The notes under the pieces: generated by a model
Told to the model about the DNA's origin: nothing
The model's database searches: none
Seen by the model: the letters and a program-made list of their open reading frames with translations, nothing else
Position numbers and translations under genes: made by a program
Shown here: positions 10,578 through 21,465 of the stretch, piece by piece
How the letters are laid out: each line of letters begins with the position of its first letter
Position numbering within the stretch: the stretch's first letter is position 1
NCBI GenBank assembly: GCA_023480735.1
Contig: JAMCXB010000011.1
Coordinates: 30,169-94,168 of the forward strand
DNA: 64,000 bases
Direction: 5' to 3'
DNA from: Bacteroidota bacterium
GTDB lineage: Bacteria > Bacteroidota > Ignavibacteria > Kryptoniales > JAKASW01

Positions 10578-11807
10578 GTGACGAAGAGAATAACCGGCGT
10601 CCATCGGTCTCCATTACTTCGCCGATTCAATGCCTCCGCTATTTTTGCCAACATCTTTCATGATGGGCCGATCACCCAGAGAGAAATCTCAAGAGCAGTT
10701 GGTCTGAGTTTCGCCAGTGTAACGTCGGTGGTTTCAGCGTTGGAGAAAAAGGGGCTTATTCAGCGAAGTGTGGAGTCGTCCACTAACGGCGGACGTCCTG
10801 CAGCTCTTTATAAGTGTAATTCCACCTATCGGTACGTTATGGGGATCGAGGCCCGAAAAGACGAACTCTTTTTCGTCGTGTCCGATTTGGAAGGTCGCGT
10901 GTTAAGCCAAAGTACCACGCCGTTCGATAAGAAAATAGGAAGGGATGGCTTCCTTGATCTCCTGCTTCGGGGAGCAAACGATCAAATCAGTAATTTCAAG
11001 GGAAGAGAGACCAAGTTCCTTGGTATAGGAATCGGAGTTGCCGGACTGGTCAACCCGGAGGATGGGAGTGTTACTATCCTTTCTCATCTCTCCAATTGGG
11101 GAAACATTCCGCTTAAGCAGATTCTCGAAGAGAAATTAAGACTTAGAGTCGTTGTGCACAACCTTGCTGCCGCGGCTGCCCTTGGAGAATCGTGGTACGG
11201 CTTGGGCCGCGGCAAGAAGAATTTTCTGTTTCTTAGTGTGACGGACGGAGTCGGCGGGGGAATAGTCATAAACGGCCAGCTTTACACGGGGACCGCCGGC
11301 AGCGCTGGTGAGTTTGGACATATTACCGTAGACGATCATGGTCCGGTGTGCACATGCGGAAACGTCGGATGCCTTGAAACACTTATAAGCATACCGTCCA
11401 TTATCCAGAGTGCCAAGAATTTACTTGCCGACGGAGTCTCATCTGCCATCAGGGACATTGCGGGCGGCGATTTGGACACGATTACATTCTCTACTCTCGT
11501 CGAAGCCGCGAAACGAGAGGACAAGCTCGCGTATAAGCTGTTCACCGATGTGGCCCGATATCTCGGTGAAGGCATTGTTAGTTTGGTAAATCTACTCAAC
11601 CCTGAAATGATAGTTATCGGCGGAGATCTTGTCCAGGCGGGGAACCTCATACTCGATTCTGTGAATGATGTTTTGAAAAGACAGGCTCTCGAAGTTGCCC
11701 GGAAGTCGGTCGAGATTGTCTTTAGTGAACTCGGTGGCAGCGCATGTGCGCTTGGTTCAGTCGTTCCGCTCATTGAGGAGTTTGTGGCTTCGCCCATGCT
11801 CGATTAA
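10578..11807 (+). CDS. ROK-family transcriptional regulator (NagC/XylR-like)
   Basis: 409 aa with an N-terminal winged HTH ('ITQREISRAVGLSFASVTSVVSALEKKGLI'), a ROK sugar-kinase fold and the zinc motif 'CTCGNVGCLE'. It is divergent from the sugar genes. Confidence 0.8.
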   Translation: MTKRITGVHRSPLLRRFNASAIFANIFHDGPITQREISRAVGLSFASVTSVVSALEKKGLIQRSVESSTNGGRPAALYKCNSTYRYVMGIEARKDELFFVVSDLEGRVLSQSTTPFDKKIGRDGFLDLLLRGANDQISNFKGRETKFLGIGIGVAGLVNPEDGSVTILSHLSNWGNIPLKQILEEKLRLRVVVHNLAAAAALGESWYGLGRGKKNFLFLSVTDGVGGGIVINGQLYTGTAGSAGEFGHITVDDHGPVCTCGNVGCLETLISIPSIIQSAKNLLADGVSSAIRDIAGGDLDTITFSTLVEAAKREDKLAYKLFTDVARYLGEGIVSLVNLLNPEMIVIGGDLVQAGNLILDSVNDVLKRQALEVARKSVEIVFSELGGSACALGSVVPLIEEFVASPMLD

Positions 11808-11967
11808 AGGAGGACCAGTCAATGACATTGAGTCGACTTCGGAACTTGACCGCTTCTCTGTTCGTCGGTTTTGGTTCCCCCGCCTCTTCGTTTTGTCGGA
11901 TGACCGGTAATATTTCCGGAACAGAGTATACGGGCTGGAACTCGACTGGCAGACACATTTCTGGTGT

Positions 11968-12243
11968 TTGCCGGGGGTCTTGTCCGGATTGGTGCTTGAC
12001 GTTAACTACACGCACACGAAATCGATGGCCCAATATCCATACGTATATTCGGTGTCGACGGGTCGCGTCATCCAGTACATCGACACATCATTTACGGATC
12101 GGCTTGTCGATCAGCCTGACAATATATTCAACCTTTCTCTTGGTTTTGATTATAGAGGCTTTTCGGTCCCGGCCGCGATGGTCTATCAGTGGGAGTTCAT
12201 TGGAGATTACAGACAAGTGAAGCCACATTCACGATCAACCTGA
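11968..12243 (+). pseudogene. Probable C-terminal remnant of a TonB-dependent receptor / outer-membrane beta-barrel
   Basis: 'LSGLVLDVNYTHTKS...NIFNLSLGFDYRGFSV...' resembles the last beta-strands of TonB-dependent receptors. There is no matching N-terminal part upstream. Confidence 0.3.
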
Positions 12244-12331
12244 TTAACGAAACCCTTTCACGGAAAGAGAGATGCCATGAGAACATTCCTACTCACGATG
12301 TCGGTAAGTAAAAAGGACGGGCGTTGATAGA

Positions 12332-14869
12332 ATGAAGAAAGCCTGCTTGGTAGTGGCGTTACTGGCCACGGTTCTTGTGGGATTTGTTGCGGCGAAAGAT
12401 CTCCCCAATCCCGAAACCCAGGGCGTGTGGATCAGCGAAAACTATCTGACGGGTGGACCCACCGCAATTGAATCGATGATTGAAACTTTAAGCGCAGAAA
12501 ACGTCAACGTGATCTACGTTGAGGTCTACTCCCACGGCTCCACCATTTATCCAAGCACTGTAATGAGCAATGCGGGCGGCATTCTACAAAATCAGGCTTT
12601 CTCAGGGACTGATCCGCTTAAGACCGTCATTCAAATTGCCCACAGGTATGGAATAGAAGTCTTTGCCTGGTTTGCAAGTCCGTTTCTGTTGTCTCAAAGC
12701 GGCGATTCAACGCAGGTACCACCCATTCTGGTGAAACATCCAGACTGGGCAGCGGTGCAGCGTGACACGACGAAACACTTTTTCCCACCCCACGGAGCTT
12801 ATGGGTACTCATTTGAGGTCGATCCGTGTGTGCCAGCGGCGGCAGACTTCATAGTCAACCTCGAAACGGAGTGTGCCAGAAATTATCCTGACATTGACGG
12901 GATAGAAACCGATATAGAAAATGATACGACCGGCTGGTATGGAGATACTACGCGAGCCCTCTTCATGCAGGAGACAGGGAACCCGGACCCGTTGACACTG
13001 CCGGACACTAACTCAGCCTGGTTAGCATGGCGATCCCTTCAGGTAACAAACGTAGTGAAGAGGATCTACGAAGACGTGAAACAGGTAAATCCACAGTGCG
13101 TCCTGAGCGCCGCCGTTGATCCACCATACTATGGCGTGAAGTTGGAATCGTGGGGCGTGTGGGCCAAAGACAATTACGTCGACATTCTGGAACCTATGGT
13201 GTACCTGCCGACGGCTATCTTTGACTCGCAATGGGAATGGTGCTTAGGCAATGTTCCTCCAGGATTCCAGCTGTCTGCCGGCGTTGCGATCAATTCCGCC
13301 GGTTCAGTGGCTAATGCCATCTACGAAATGCAGGACGCCAGGCAAAGGGGCACTGCCGGAATTGTAGTGTGGTACTATGGATATTTGTTCTCTTATGCGG
13401 ATGCCCTGACGGATTTGAAGTCGCAGATTTTTACTCAAAAGACACTTCCAAGCTATGATGATCTTTTGATTGACAGCCAGAGCGAGGGACGGTTTCGTAC
13501 TACCGGTGCGTGGACCACTGAAAGCGGGGGATATGGTGGCGCTTTCCAATCGGCGTCCGCTGTCCAGGGCGACACGGCGATTTATTCGGTAAGGATTCTT
13601 CGAAGCGGTGATTACACTCTTTATGGTTATTGGGCCGGTGATTCGAGTTCCAATTGCCCAAACGCGATTGTCCAAACCAGCGCTGCCGGCTTCGTCAAAT
13701 CAGACACGATCAACGAGAAAGAGGATCCAAGTTCATGGTCGTATATCGACAAGTTCCAATTTGCCTCGGGGGACACGGTGACCATAAAGTTGGCTGGTGC
13801 AGCCGGCGGGAATTTGATTGCTGACGCCTTTCGGCTGCGGAGAGGTACTCCCTTTATTCTGAATGATTACGCGGTTCCCGACAGCCAATCAATCCTGTTA
13901 AAGTTCTCAGCTCCTCTACTCGCGCCGATGGCCTCGATAACTTCGATATCCGCCTCACCTGTGAGCGGCACTGTTACTTCGTTTGTCTACCCCCTTGACA
14001 ATACGATACTTCACGTCTCGGTACCGCCGATGCAACAAGGTGTTCCAGTTACCCTGAAAGTAACCGACCTGTTGGATGTCTCGCTTGATACGTTGAGCTT
14101 TTCGCAGGTGCTTGCGTACGATCCTGATAGCACTATGTTTGTCATCGACGATGGAACTCCCAATTCCTTCTGGAAACTGTCCGGCAACTGGCAGCCGGAT
14201 ACCGGGGGGTTGGCAGTTAACGGCAGCTATTGGGTGGCAAAGCAGGGGACACAGGTAGATCGGGTTCGATGGGGACCGCTCCAGGTAGAGAGTGATGGGT
14301 ATTATGACGTGTACGCACATATTCCCAAAACACAGGTGCCGCTATCGAGCAGATGCCTGTATGTCGTAACAGATGAGTTTGGGGCTGACTCGATTTACGC
14401 TTCGCAGGCATCCGGTATCGGTACATGGATGAAGCTCGGCAACTTACCATTCACTGCAGGAAGTCAGTTTGCTCCGACGTTATCCTCAATCGCGGGTTCA
14501 GACACGGGACAATATCTCGCGGCAGATGCGGTTATGCTGGTTAAATCTGTTGAGTTTACCACTGCGATAAAAAGTGCTCCACGGGCTGCAAGTAAGTTCA
14601 GGATTTATCAAAACTATCCCAATCCGTTTAATCCACAGACCATCATATCATTCGAACTTGGTGAGAGGGCTGATGTGAACGTAAGTGTTTACAACGTACT
14701 CGGTCAGCGAGTATCGGAATTGATTGACAACAAAACGTTGAATGCTGGAACATGGAATGTTCGATTTGGCGGCTCTTTGCTTCCAAGCGGCCTTTATTTT
14801 GGTTTGGTAACAATAAAAGGAAGCGCGTTCGAGAGTCGGAAAATTCTAAAGATGCTGCTTTTGAAATGA
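12332..14869 (+). CDS. Secreted glycoside-hydrolase-like (GHL10/DUF187-type) protein with a T9SS C-terminal sorting domain
   Basis: Signal peptide (MKKACLVVALLATVLVGFVAA). The N-terminal TIM-barrel-like region 'GVWISENYL...NVNVIYVEVYSHGSTIYPS' is GHL10-like. The C-terminus 'YQNYPNPFNPQTIISFEL...LYFGLV' is a Por/T9SS CTD. Confidence 0.6.
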   Translation: MKKACLVVALLATVLVGFVAAKDLPNPETQGVWISENYLTGGPTAIESMIETLSAENVNVIYVEVYSHGSTIYPSTVMSNAGGILQNQAFSGTDPLKTVIQIAHRYGIEVFAWFASPFLLSQSGDSTQVPPILVKHPDWAAVQRDTTKHFFPPHGAYGYSFEVDPCVPAAADFIVNLETECARNYPDIDGIETDIENDTTGWYGDTTRALFMQETGNPDPLTLPDTNSAWLAWRSLQVTNVVKRIYEDVKQVNPQCVLSAAVDPPYYGVKLESWGVWAKDNYVDILEPMVYLPTAIFDSQWEWCLGNVPPGFQLSAGVAINSAGSVANAIYEMQDARQRGTAGIVVWYYGYLFSYADALTDLKSQIFTQKTLPSYDDLLIDSQSEGRFRTTGAWTTESGGYGGAFQSASAVQGDTAIYSVRILRSGDYTLYGYWAGDSSSNCPNAIVQTSAAGFVKSDTINEKEDPSSWSYIDKFQFASGDTVTIKLAGAAGGNLIADAFRLRRGTPFILNDYAVPDSQSILLKFSAPLLAPMASITSISASPVSGTVTSFVYPLDNTILHVSVPPMQQGVPVTLKVTDLLDVSLDTLSFSQVLAYDPDSTMFVIDDGTPNSFWKLSGNWQPDTGGLAVNGSYWVAKQGTQVDRVRWGPLQVESDGYYDVYAHIPKTQVPLSSRCLYVVTDEFGADSIYASQASGIGTWMKLGNLPFTAGSQFAPTLSSIAGSDTGQYLAADAVMLVKSVEFTTAIKSAPRAASKFRIYQNYPNPFNPQTIISFELGERADVNVSVYNVLGQRVSELIDNKTLNAGTWNVRFGGSLLPSGLYFGLVTIKGSAFESRKILKMLLLK

Positions 14870-14930
14870 AAACACGGCTGCCGCTGTAGCCATTTGCAAC
14901 CTTGCCCGCACCAACAAAAATAGGAGAATA

Positions 14931-17078
14931 GTGATGAAAAGTTCTAATGTCTCTTTGAAGAGAGCTTCTTCTGCTCCCATCGCCACCTTTGTAGTAGTGC
15001 TTCTTTTCGGGATATTAGTGTATAATCCTGCATGGGCACAACAGATCCTGGCTGGACCGGACGGCTATTCCGCTTGTGCAATTGATGCAAACGGTAACCT
15101 TTATACATGGGGAATAGATCAATATTTCCATACTGTTGTCAGCACAACGAGCGGCAATGCACAGGATCTCACACCTGTACAGGTCGGATTTCCGAGCGGC
15201 GTAACCGCCTGGACCTCAGCGTCCGTCGGTTACCTTTTCACTTTAGCCATCGGTAACGACGGAAACATTTACGCGTGGGGTCTCAATACTTACGGCCAAT
15301 TGGGTGATAGCACGACGACAAATTCCGATGTACCTGTGTTGGTTAAGTTGCCAAACGGGGTGACAGCCAAGGCCGTTTCCGCTGGGACCTCGTTCGGTAT
15401 GGCTATTGGCAGTGATGGGAATGTCTACGCGTGGGGCCTGAACTCAAGCGGCGAATTAGGAGACAGCACGACCACAAATTCCACTGTGCCTGTGAAGGTT
15501 ACGTTGCCAGGCGGGGTGTTGGCCAAGTCGATCTTTGCCGCACCGGCTTTCGGTTTAGCCATAGGCAGCGACGGAAACCTATACGCCTGGGGAAGCAATT
15601 CTACCGGTCAACTGGGTGACAGCACGACGGTAACTTCCAACGTACCTGTGAGGGTAAGGCTGCCGATCGGGGTGACTGCGATTGCGATATCTGCCGGCTC
15701 ATCTTATAGTTTAGCTATTGGCAGCGATGGGAACGTCTATGCCTGGGGAGGCAATGGATTTGGTCAATTAGGCAACGGCACGAAAACAAATTCCAGCATC
15801 CCGGTGATGGTTAAAATGCCGAGCGGAGTAATCGGGAAGGCGATAGCAGGCGGAAGGCTCCATTCCTTAGCTATTGGCAGTGACGGAAAAGTTTATGCGT
15901 GGGGGAGCAACGTCTACGGCGAATTAGGCAGCGGCACTGTAAACGTACCCTCAACGGACAGTTTGCCTGTAGCGGTAGGCTTGCCGGGCGGGTTGACTGC
16001 GACCGGAGTGACTGCGATACGCTGGTCAACTTACGTTATCGGAAGTAACGATAGTGTTTATGCATGGGGGTACAATCAAGAGGGCGAACTCGGCGTAGGT
16101 GTTAAGACAGGCGGACCAAAGTACGGCATAGCGGCGCCCACCACGGTTCCGGATCTCATCCTGGCTTTACCGCAGGTGCCGACTCTCCTGTCACCTGTGA
16201 ATGGTGCTGCTAAACAACCAACTGCGATAGTCTTGAAGTGGAGTGAATCTCCTCATGCTATATCGTACCAGTGTCAACTGTCACTCGATCCGACGTTTGG
16301 GGCGAACTTTATTGTGGTCGACTCTTCCATGACAGACACCAGCGATACTGTGTCCGGCCTCGCGGCCGGTATGGTATATTACTGGCACGTTCGGTCGTTA
16401 AATGACGGAATCTTGAGTGCGTTCTCCCCTGTCGATTCCTTTACGACCATTACCACCGGCCCAGCAAAGCCGGTCCTCGCTTTGCCGTCTACGTCGGAAA
16501 CGGGAGTACCGCGTTTGACAATGTTTGAGTGGGATTCCTCTTCTTCTGCGACAAGATATTATCTCCAGATTGCGACGAGCGATCAGATCTACATTTCAGG
16601 AGATTCCGTCGGTGAATTCCTCTCCCAAAACGTCGTCTTCGACACTACTGTGACGGACACTTCTGTGCGGCTGCCCTCTCCGTTGGTAGCAACCACGAAG
16701 TACTATTGGCATGTAGCAGGCATAGATTCGGCTGGCATGGGAGGCTTCTCTGTTTCATCTGCCTTCACGACCGGAAGCGGACTCTTGGCCGTAAAGACGT
16801 TGGAAGGAACACCGAAGGAATTTGCGCTAATGCAAAATTATCCCAATCCCTTCAATCCCACGACGATCATCAGGTATAGCCTTCCGAAAGCTCAAATGGT
16901 AACGTTAAATGTTTACGATGTTCTGGGACAGGAAGTTGCCACGCTTGTCAATGCACGGCAGAATGCCGGATACTATGAGGTAAACTTCAACGCTGATCGT
17001 TTGGCAAGCGGGATTTACTTCTATGTCCTGAGGACCGACAAATTCACTTCAGCGCATAAGATGTTGCTCTTGAAATAA
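14931..17078 (+). CDS. Secreted RCC1-repeat beta-propeller protein with Fn3-like domains and a T9SS C-terminal domain
   Basis: About seven repeats of 'GNVYAWGxNxxGQLGDSTTTNSxVPV' (RCC1/ATS1 type). The C-terminus 'MQNYPNPFNPTTIIRYSL...GIYFYVL' is a T9SS CTD. Confidence 0.8.
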   Translation: MMKSSNVSLKRASSAPIATFVVVLLFGILVYNPAWAQQILAGPDGYSACAIDANGNLYTWGIDQYFHTVVSTTSGNAQDLTPVQVGFPSGVTAWTSASVGYLFTLAIGNDGNIYAWGLNTYGQLGDSTTTNSDVPVLVKLPNGVTAKAVSAGTSFGMAIGSDGNVYAWGLNSSGELGDSTTTNSTVPVKVTLPGGVLAKSIFAAPAFGLAIGSDGNLYAWGSNSTGQLGDSTTVTSNVPVRVRLPIGVTAIAISAGSSYSLAIGSDGNVYAWGGNGFGQLGNGTKTNSSIPVMVKMPSGVIGKAIAGGRLHSLAIGSDGKVYAWGSNVYGELGSGTVNVPSTDSLPVAVGLPGGLTATGVTAIRWSTYVIGSNDSVYAWGYNQEGELGVGVKTGGPKYGIAAPTTVPDLILALPQVPTLLSPVNGAAKQPTAIVLKWSESPHAISYQCQLSLDPTFGANFIVVDSSMTDTSDTVSGLAAGMVYYWHVRSLNDGILSAFSPVDSFTTITTGPAKPVLALPSTSETGVPRLTMFEWDSSSSATRYYLQIATSDQIYISGDSVGEFLSQNVVFDTTVTDTSVRLPSPLVATTKYYWHVAGIDSAGMGGFSVSSAFTTGSGLLAVKTLEGTPKEFALMQNYPNPFNPTTIIRYSLPKAQMVTLNVYDVLGQEVATLVNARQNAGYYEVNFNADRLASGIYFYVLRTDKFTSAHKMLLLK

Positions 17079-17104
17079 CGACATTTGTCGTATCTCCTTC
17101 ATCG

Positions 17105-17131
17105 GCGGGACTGTCCGCATGGCAGTCCCGC
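17105..17131 (+). terminator. Stem-loop downstream of the RCC1-repeat gene
   Basis: Perfect 9-bp stem GCGGGACTG / CAGTCCCGC with a 9-nt loop, 27 nt after the stop at 17078. There is no clear T tract. Confidence 0.35.
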
Positions 17132-17260
17132 ACGGTGCTTGTACGAAAACCTGTGAGCCGAATCCATTTTACCGACGGGTTCGCAGCTGGAGCACAGACT
17201 TTCTTGCCGCCACGTCGGTTCGATCAGGACCAGGTGGCGATAAAATCTAAGGATGAGCCA

Positions 17261-19144
17261 GTGAAAAAGTGTACACATTTTGTTTGGTTAATACTCTTTG
17301 TGTCAGCGAATGGTTTCTCAATGCAGCCGTCATCTTCCCGAATTTTACACTGCGACGTGTTGGTGGTAGGAGGCGGCACAGGCGGTACCGCTGCCGGAAT
17401 ACAGAGCGCACGATTGGGGGCGAAGACCATCATGGTGGATTCAACCCCCTGGTTGGGTGGAATGCTGACCGCCGCAGGAGTCAGCGCGACGGACGGCAAC
17501 AACAGGCTTCCGTCAGGAATCTGGCAGGAATTCAGAGAAGCAATATGGAAACGCTACCGCGGGCCGCGGGCAGTTTCTACCGGATGGGTGAGCAAGACTT
17601 GTTTCCAGCCCCGCGTCGCTGACAGCATCTTCAAATCCATGGCAGCGCAGGAGAAGAAGCTTAAGGTCATTTATAACTACTGGTTCCTCCACGTCCTGAA
17701 ATCCGGGGACAAGGTGACGGGAGCCATTTTCACCGACAACAAGAAATCGGTTCTGATCATTTATGCCAGAGTTATAATAGATGCAACGGAATTAGGCGAT
17801 GTGTTCAAAGATGCAGGAGCCGGTTATGACGTCGGTATGGAAGCAAGGTCATACACCGGAGAACCATGGGCGCTTGATTCGGGCAACGATATCATCCAGG
17901 ATATCACCTGGGTTGCGACCCTGAAAGACTACGGCCCGGGCACTGATAAGACTATACCCCGGCCAGCAACATATGATTCTTCGATGTTTTTCTGTTCCTG
18001 CAAAACCAAGTTGTGTCCAAATGCAGAATGGACTCCCCAGCAGATGCTCGATTACGGCCGATTGCCGGACCACGAGTACATGATCAACTGGCCGATCCAT
18101 GGCAACGATATGTACTTGAATGCCATTAATATGAATCATGAGCAACGTGATCAGGCATACAAGGCGGCAAAGGAGAAGACATTATGCTTCGTTTATTACA
18201 TACAACACGCGCTCGGCTACAAAAACCTGGGGCTGGCCGACGACGAATATCCTACCAATGACAAGCTCCCTTTTATTCCATATAATCGCGAGGGGCGGAG
18301 AGTAAAGGGAATAGTTCGGTTCACGATAAACGATATCCTGCATCCCTATTCGAAATCGAGAACACTGTATCGTACAGCCATTTCAGTTGGAGATTATCCT
18401 ATCGATCTGCATGTCACCGAGAACCCAAAGGCGCCGAAGAGAACATTTCCTCATATCCCGTCATTCGGGATACCGCTGGGTTGTCTGATCCCTGCAAGGG
18501 TAAATGGCCTGATAGTGGCTGATAAGGGTATTTCTGTCTCCAACATAGTCAACGGCGCCACGAGGGTTACGACATGCGTGATGCTGACCGGACAAGCCGC
18601 GGGCGTGTTGGCCTGGTATTGCTCGTACCATCATGTCGAACCAAGAGACGTAAACATACGAAAAATCCAGGAAGTCCTTTTGGACAAGAATACTTACCTG
18701 TTGCCTTTTATTGACGTGACACCCAGCGATCCGGATTTTAAGGCCATTCAAAGAATGGGAGTAACGGGCATTATACGGGGAGCGGGTGTCCCCTATAACG
18801 GAGCTAATCAAACCTGGTTCTATCCTGAGAGGCCTATTAGTCAGTATGAACTCGTTCAGGGTCTGAGGGATTACTATCCGACGCTAGATGATTACGATTT
18901 TGCGAGCGGGGAGACTTTAACTATGGATGCCCTCCTTAATATCTTCGCACTTACTGGCAACAAGATTCCATTATCAGAGGTAAGACAGGATTGGGGGAGG
19001 TTCGGATTTGGAAAACCGTTAAGCGGGGGGTTGCAATTAAACAGGAAAATGGTGGCTGTGCTGGTCGATTATTACTTGCACCCGTTTGACCGGCCTATCG
19101 ACTTTTCGGGAAAACTGAAATATGTGAATGACAAGCAGGGATGA
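17261..19144 (+). CDS. FAD-dependent oxidoreductase (secreted/periplasmic type)
   Basis: Dinucleotide-binding motif '[25 protein letters not shown]'. An in-frame GTG at 17261 follows AAGGATGAG and gives a signal-like start ([18 protein letters not shown]). The longer ORF from 17135 would overlap the upstream hairpin. Confidence 0.65.
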   Translation: MKKCTHFVWLILFVSANGFSMQPSSSRILHCDVLVVGGGTGGTAAGIQSARLGAKTIMVDSTPWLGGMLTAAGVSATDGNNRLPSGIWQEFREAIWKRYRGPRAVSTGWVSKTCFQPRVADSIFKSMAAQEKKLKVIYNYWFLHVLKSGDKVTGAIFTDNKKSVLIIYARVIIDATELGDVFKDAGAGYDVGMEARSYTGEPWALDSGNDIIQDITWVATLKDYGPGTDKTIPRPATYDSSMFFCSCKTKLCPNAEWTPQQMLDYGRLPDHEYMINWPIHGNDMYLNAINMNHEQRDQAYKAAKEKTLCFVYYIQHALGYKNLGLADDEYPTNDKLPFIPYNREGRRVKGIVRFTINDILHPYSKSRTLYRTAISVGDYPIDLHVTENPKAPKRTFPHIPSFGIPLGCLIPARVNGLIVADKGISVSNIVNGATRVTTCVMLTGQAAGVLAWYCSYHHVEPRDVNIRKIQEVLLDKNTYLLPFIDVTPSDPDFKAIQRMGVTGIIRGAGVPYNGANQTWFYPERPISQYELVQGLRDYYPTLDDYDFASGETLTMDALLNIFALTGNKIPLSEVRQDWGRFGFGKPLSGGLQLNRKMVAVLVDYYLHPFDRPIDFSGKLKYVNDKQG

Positions 19145-19220
19145 ACATCGTACCAAAGGGAATAATGAATCTAAGCACAAAAATGTGACAGATGAACGCA
19201 ACAGAAAAGGAGGGAATGGT

Positions 19221-20717
19221 ATGTCGAAGACTACAAGTGTCGATCTGAGTGGAGATGGATTACGCTCCCGGTTGCTGAATCGGATCATAGCATTGACCAT
19301 GACGGCGGCTGTTGGGTTTTGTATCCTTGGAGCAGGTATTGCAAATGCCCAGGTTGAGGGGATCCATAGAATCAAACATATCATAATCATCATGCAGGAG
19401 AACCGCTCACTCGACTCCTATTTTGGCACTTTTCCCGGCGCGGACGGGATCCCGATGAAGAACAGTGTCCCGACGGTCGGTGTGCGTGACCCAAAGACCG
19501 GCAAGATTGTAAGGCCGTACCACGACCCGGACGACCGTAACTTTGATGGACCACATATGGCTGTAGATGCGTTTTCCGACGTCGACGACGGAAGGATGGA
19601 CGGCTTTCTTGCACAGGCCGAGAAAGAGGACAAAAGATTTCAGGGGATGGCCGCTCTTAAGGATAGTTATAAGGAGCTCGGCTCTTCAAGTCTCAAGGGT
19701 TACAAGGAGATGATCTATACCGATAACGGAAGACCGGTCGCTAGACCGCCGTATCTAGATGTCATGGGATACCACGATCAGCGCGAGATACCCAACTACT
19801 GGGCCTATGCGAAGAACTTTGTTCTGCAGGACCATATGTTTGAACCGATATTGTCCTGGAGTTTTCCCACTCATCTTTGCATGGTCTCAGCATGGTCTGC
19901 AAACGCCGTCATCCCAGGCGACCCGATGTCCTGCGTGAGTGCACTCGAGGAAGTAAAAGACCGCACGGACGACGATCCCGTTCCATTCGCATGGACGGAC
20001 ATAACGTATCTCCTTCACAAGACGCACGTGAGCTGGGTATACTATCTTGATGAAGATTCCCTGCTGCGTAAACCTGAATACAACTGGATGGATATCCCCG
20101 ATAAGACAGTACCTACAATTTGGGACGTTCTTCCCGGCTTCACGACGGTTCATGAAGATAGCCAGGTAGCAAACGTCCAGGTGATTGCGAACTTCTTCAA
20201 GGCCGCCAAAGAAGGTAATCTGCCGGAAGTATCATGGGTGATTCCCAATTTTAAAGACTCCGAACATCCTCCCTCCCTTATCAGCGTCGGGCAAGCGTAT
20301 GTTACCAGGGTCATTAATGCCGTAATGAAGAGCCCCGACTGGAACAGCACTGCCATCTTCCTTTCGTGGGACGATTGGGGCGGATTCTATGACCACGTCG
20401 CGCCACCGCGGGTGGATGAACTCGGCTACGGAATCCGCGTTCCGGGGATCGTAATCAGTCCATATGCCAGGAAAGGCTACATCGACCATCAAATACTCAG
20501 CCATGATGCTTATCTGAAATTTATCGAGGATGATTTTCTCGGCGGACAGAGGATCGACCCGAAGACGGATGGTCGCCCCGACTCAAGACCCGACGTACGG
20601 GAGAACAACCCGCTGCTCGGAAATCTTGTTAACGACTTTGACTTTTCGCAGCCGCCGAGACCGCCGATGATCTTGCCGCCTTATCCCAAACAAAGCGAAT
20701 CAAATACGCAAAAGTAG
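19221..20717 (+). CDS. Phosphoesterase-family protein (phospholipase C / acid phosphatase family)
   Basis: '[22 protein letters not shown]' and '[17 protein letters not shown]' are hallmarks of the phosphoesterase (PLC/AcpA) family. The ATG at 19221 follows AAAGGAGGG. Confidence 0.75.
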   Translation: MSKTTSVDLSGDGLRSRLLNRIIALTMTAAVGFCILGAGIANAQVEGIHRIKHIIIIMQENRSLDSYFGTFPGADGIPMKNSVPTVGVRDPKTGKIVRPYHDPDDRNFDGPHMAVDAFSDVDDGRMDGFLAQAEKEDKRFQGMAALKDSYKELGSSSLKGYKEMIYTDNGRPVARPPYLDVMGYHDQREIPNYWAYAKNFVLQDHMFEPILSWSFPTHLCMVSAWSANAVIPGDPMSCVSALEEVKDRTDDDPVPFAWTDITYLLHKTHVSWVYYLDEDSLLRKPEYNWMDIPDKTVPTIWDVLPGFTTVHEDSQVANVQVIANFFKAAKEGNLPEVSWVIPNFKDSEHPPSLISVGQAYVTRVINAVMKSPDWNSTAIFLSWDDWGGFYDHVAPPRVDELGYGIRVPGIVISPYARKGYIDHQILSHDAYLKFIEDDFLGGQRIDPKTDGRPDSRPDVRENNPLLGNLVNDFDFSQPPRPPMILPPYPKQSESNTQK

Positions 20718-21196
20718 GATGCTCAACTACGCGGTGCCGCAGACAATTAAGGTCATCTTTGGGAGCGAGACGATATGACTGCGTATAGAAACAGGGATAA
20801 ACCTCCACGGGCGAGTGTCGGCTAACCCCATCCGAGAAGATTGCCAGCCAATGATTGGCACTTCTTAAAGCGCACCCTCGTCAACGCGAATTTATACCCG
20901 GGTCTGAAAACGGATGGAATCAGATGCTGAAACCAGTTCGGTCCGCATGGCGCTCGGGCATGGCAACTTTTGTTATTCTTAGATACCGCCAGGCCTGACC
21001 GGATCAAAACGTACATGCCGATGAGTCCAGGGGTGTACATCTGGGGCAGTCTCTGCCGGGCGCTACCTGCCGTGGAGTGCTTCTTCGGACGATCGGTCCC
21101 GTTACCTTGGCATCTTGCTGATTATTTGCGGCTTTGCTCTGGGAGGTCCCTCAACTCGGCCGCTTACCTGCGAACAGGACTCCACCTCCAGACTGG

Positions 21197-21343
21197 TGTA
21201 AGGGGGAGGATTATTTAAACATTGCCGTTTTTGTTAAGTGTCGGAGTCACAGTGGGTTGAGTAGATTAGGGCGGACGAATTAAGTGAGCGAAATGAGAAA
21301 AAGTGGGAGCTTTTGAGAAATTACGGACGAATTATTTGAGCAT
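21197..21343 (+). repeat. Candidate prophage left end with three transposase-binding-like repeats
   Basis: It starts with TGTA. The motifs are GGATTATTTAAACAT (21208-21222), CGAATTAAGTGAGC (21276-21289) and CGAATTATTTGAGCAT (21328-21343). Their inverted counterparts lie at 57968-58007. Confidence 0.4.
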
Positions 21344-21465
21344 TACCCCGTAAAACGATCTAAATTTGGCGATTATGACCATTTGCCCCACAGAGAAAAT
21401 ATTGCGAAATTTAGACGGATTTAAGGTATTGATTTACCGATGACGAGTGACAAATTGACAAAAAA

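Noticed and set aside
17135-17260. Longer N-terminus for the FAD-dependent oxidoreductase starting at 17135
   Set aside because: That start lies only 4 nt after the terminator-like hairpin of the upstream gene. The extension has no signal or fold features, whereas GTG at 17261 has an RBS and gives a signal-peptide-like start.
21192-21196. A 5-bp Mu-type target-site duplication at the proposed prophage ends
   Set aside because: The left flank is ACTGG and the right flank is CTGGC. Only CTGG (4 nt) is shared when the ends are set at TG/CA, so a clean 5-bp duplication cannot be claimed and the ends are reported as tentative.
20720-21196. tRNA/tmRNA integration site or structured RNA in the 480-bp gap left of the prophage (ORFs 20822-21040 and 20970-21218)
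   Set aside because: I see no cloverleaf, T-loop (GTTCGAATC-like) or other RNA-family signature by eye. The element has a DDE transposase and no integrase, so a tRNA att site is not expected. The two ORFs have no recognisable motifs.
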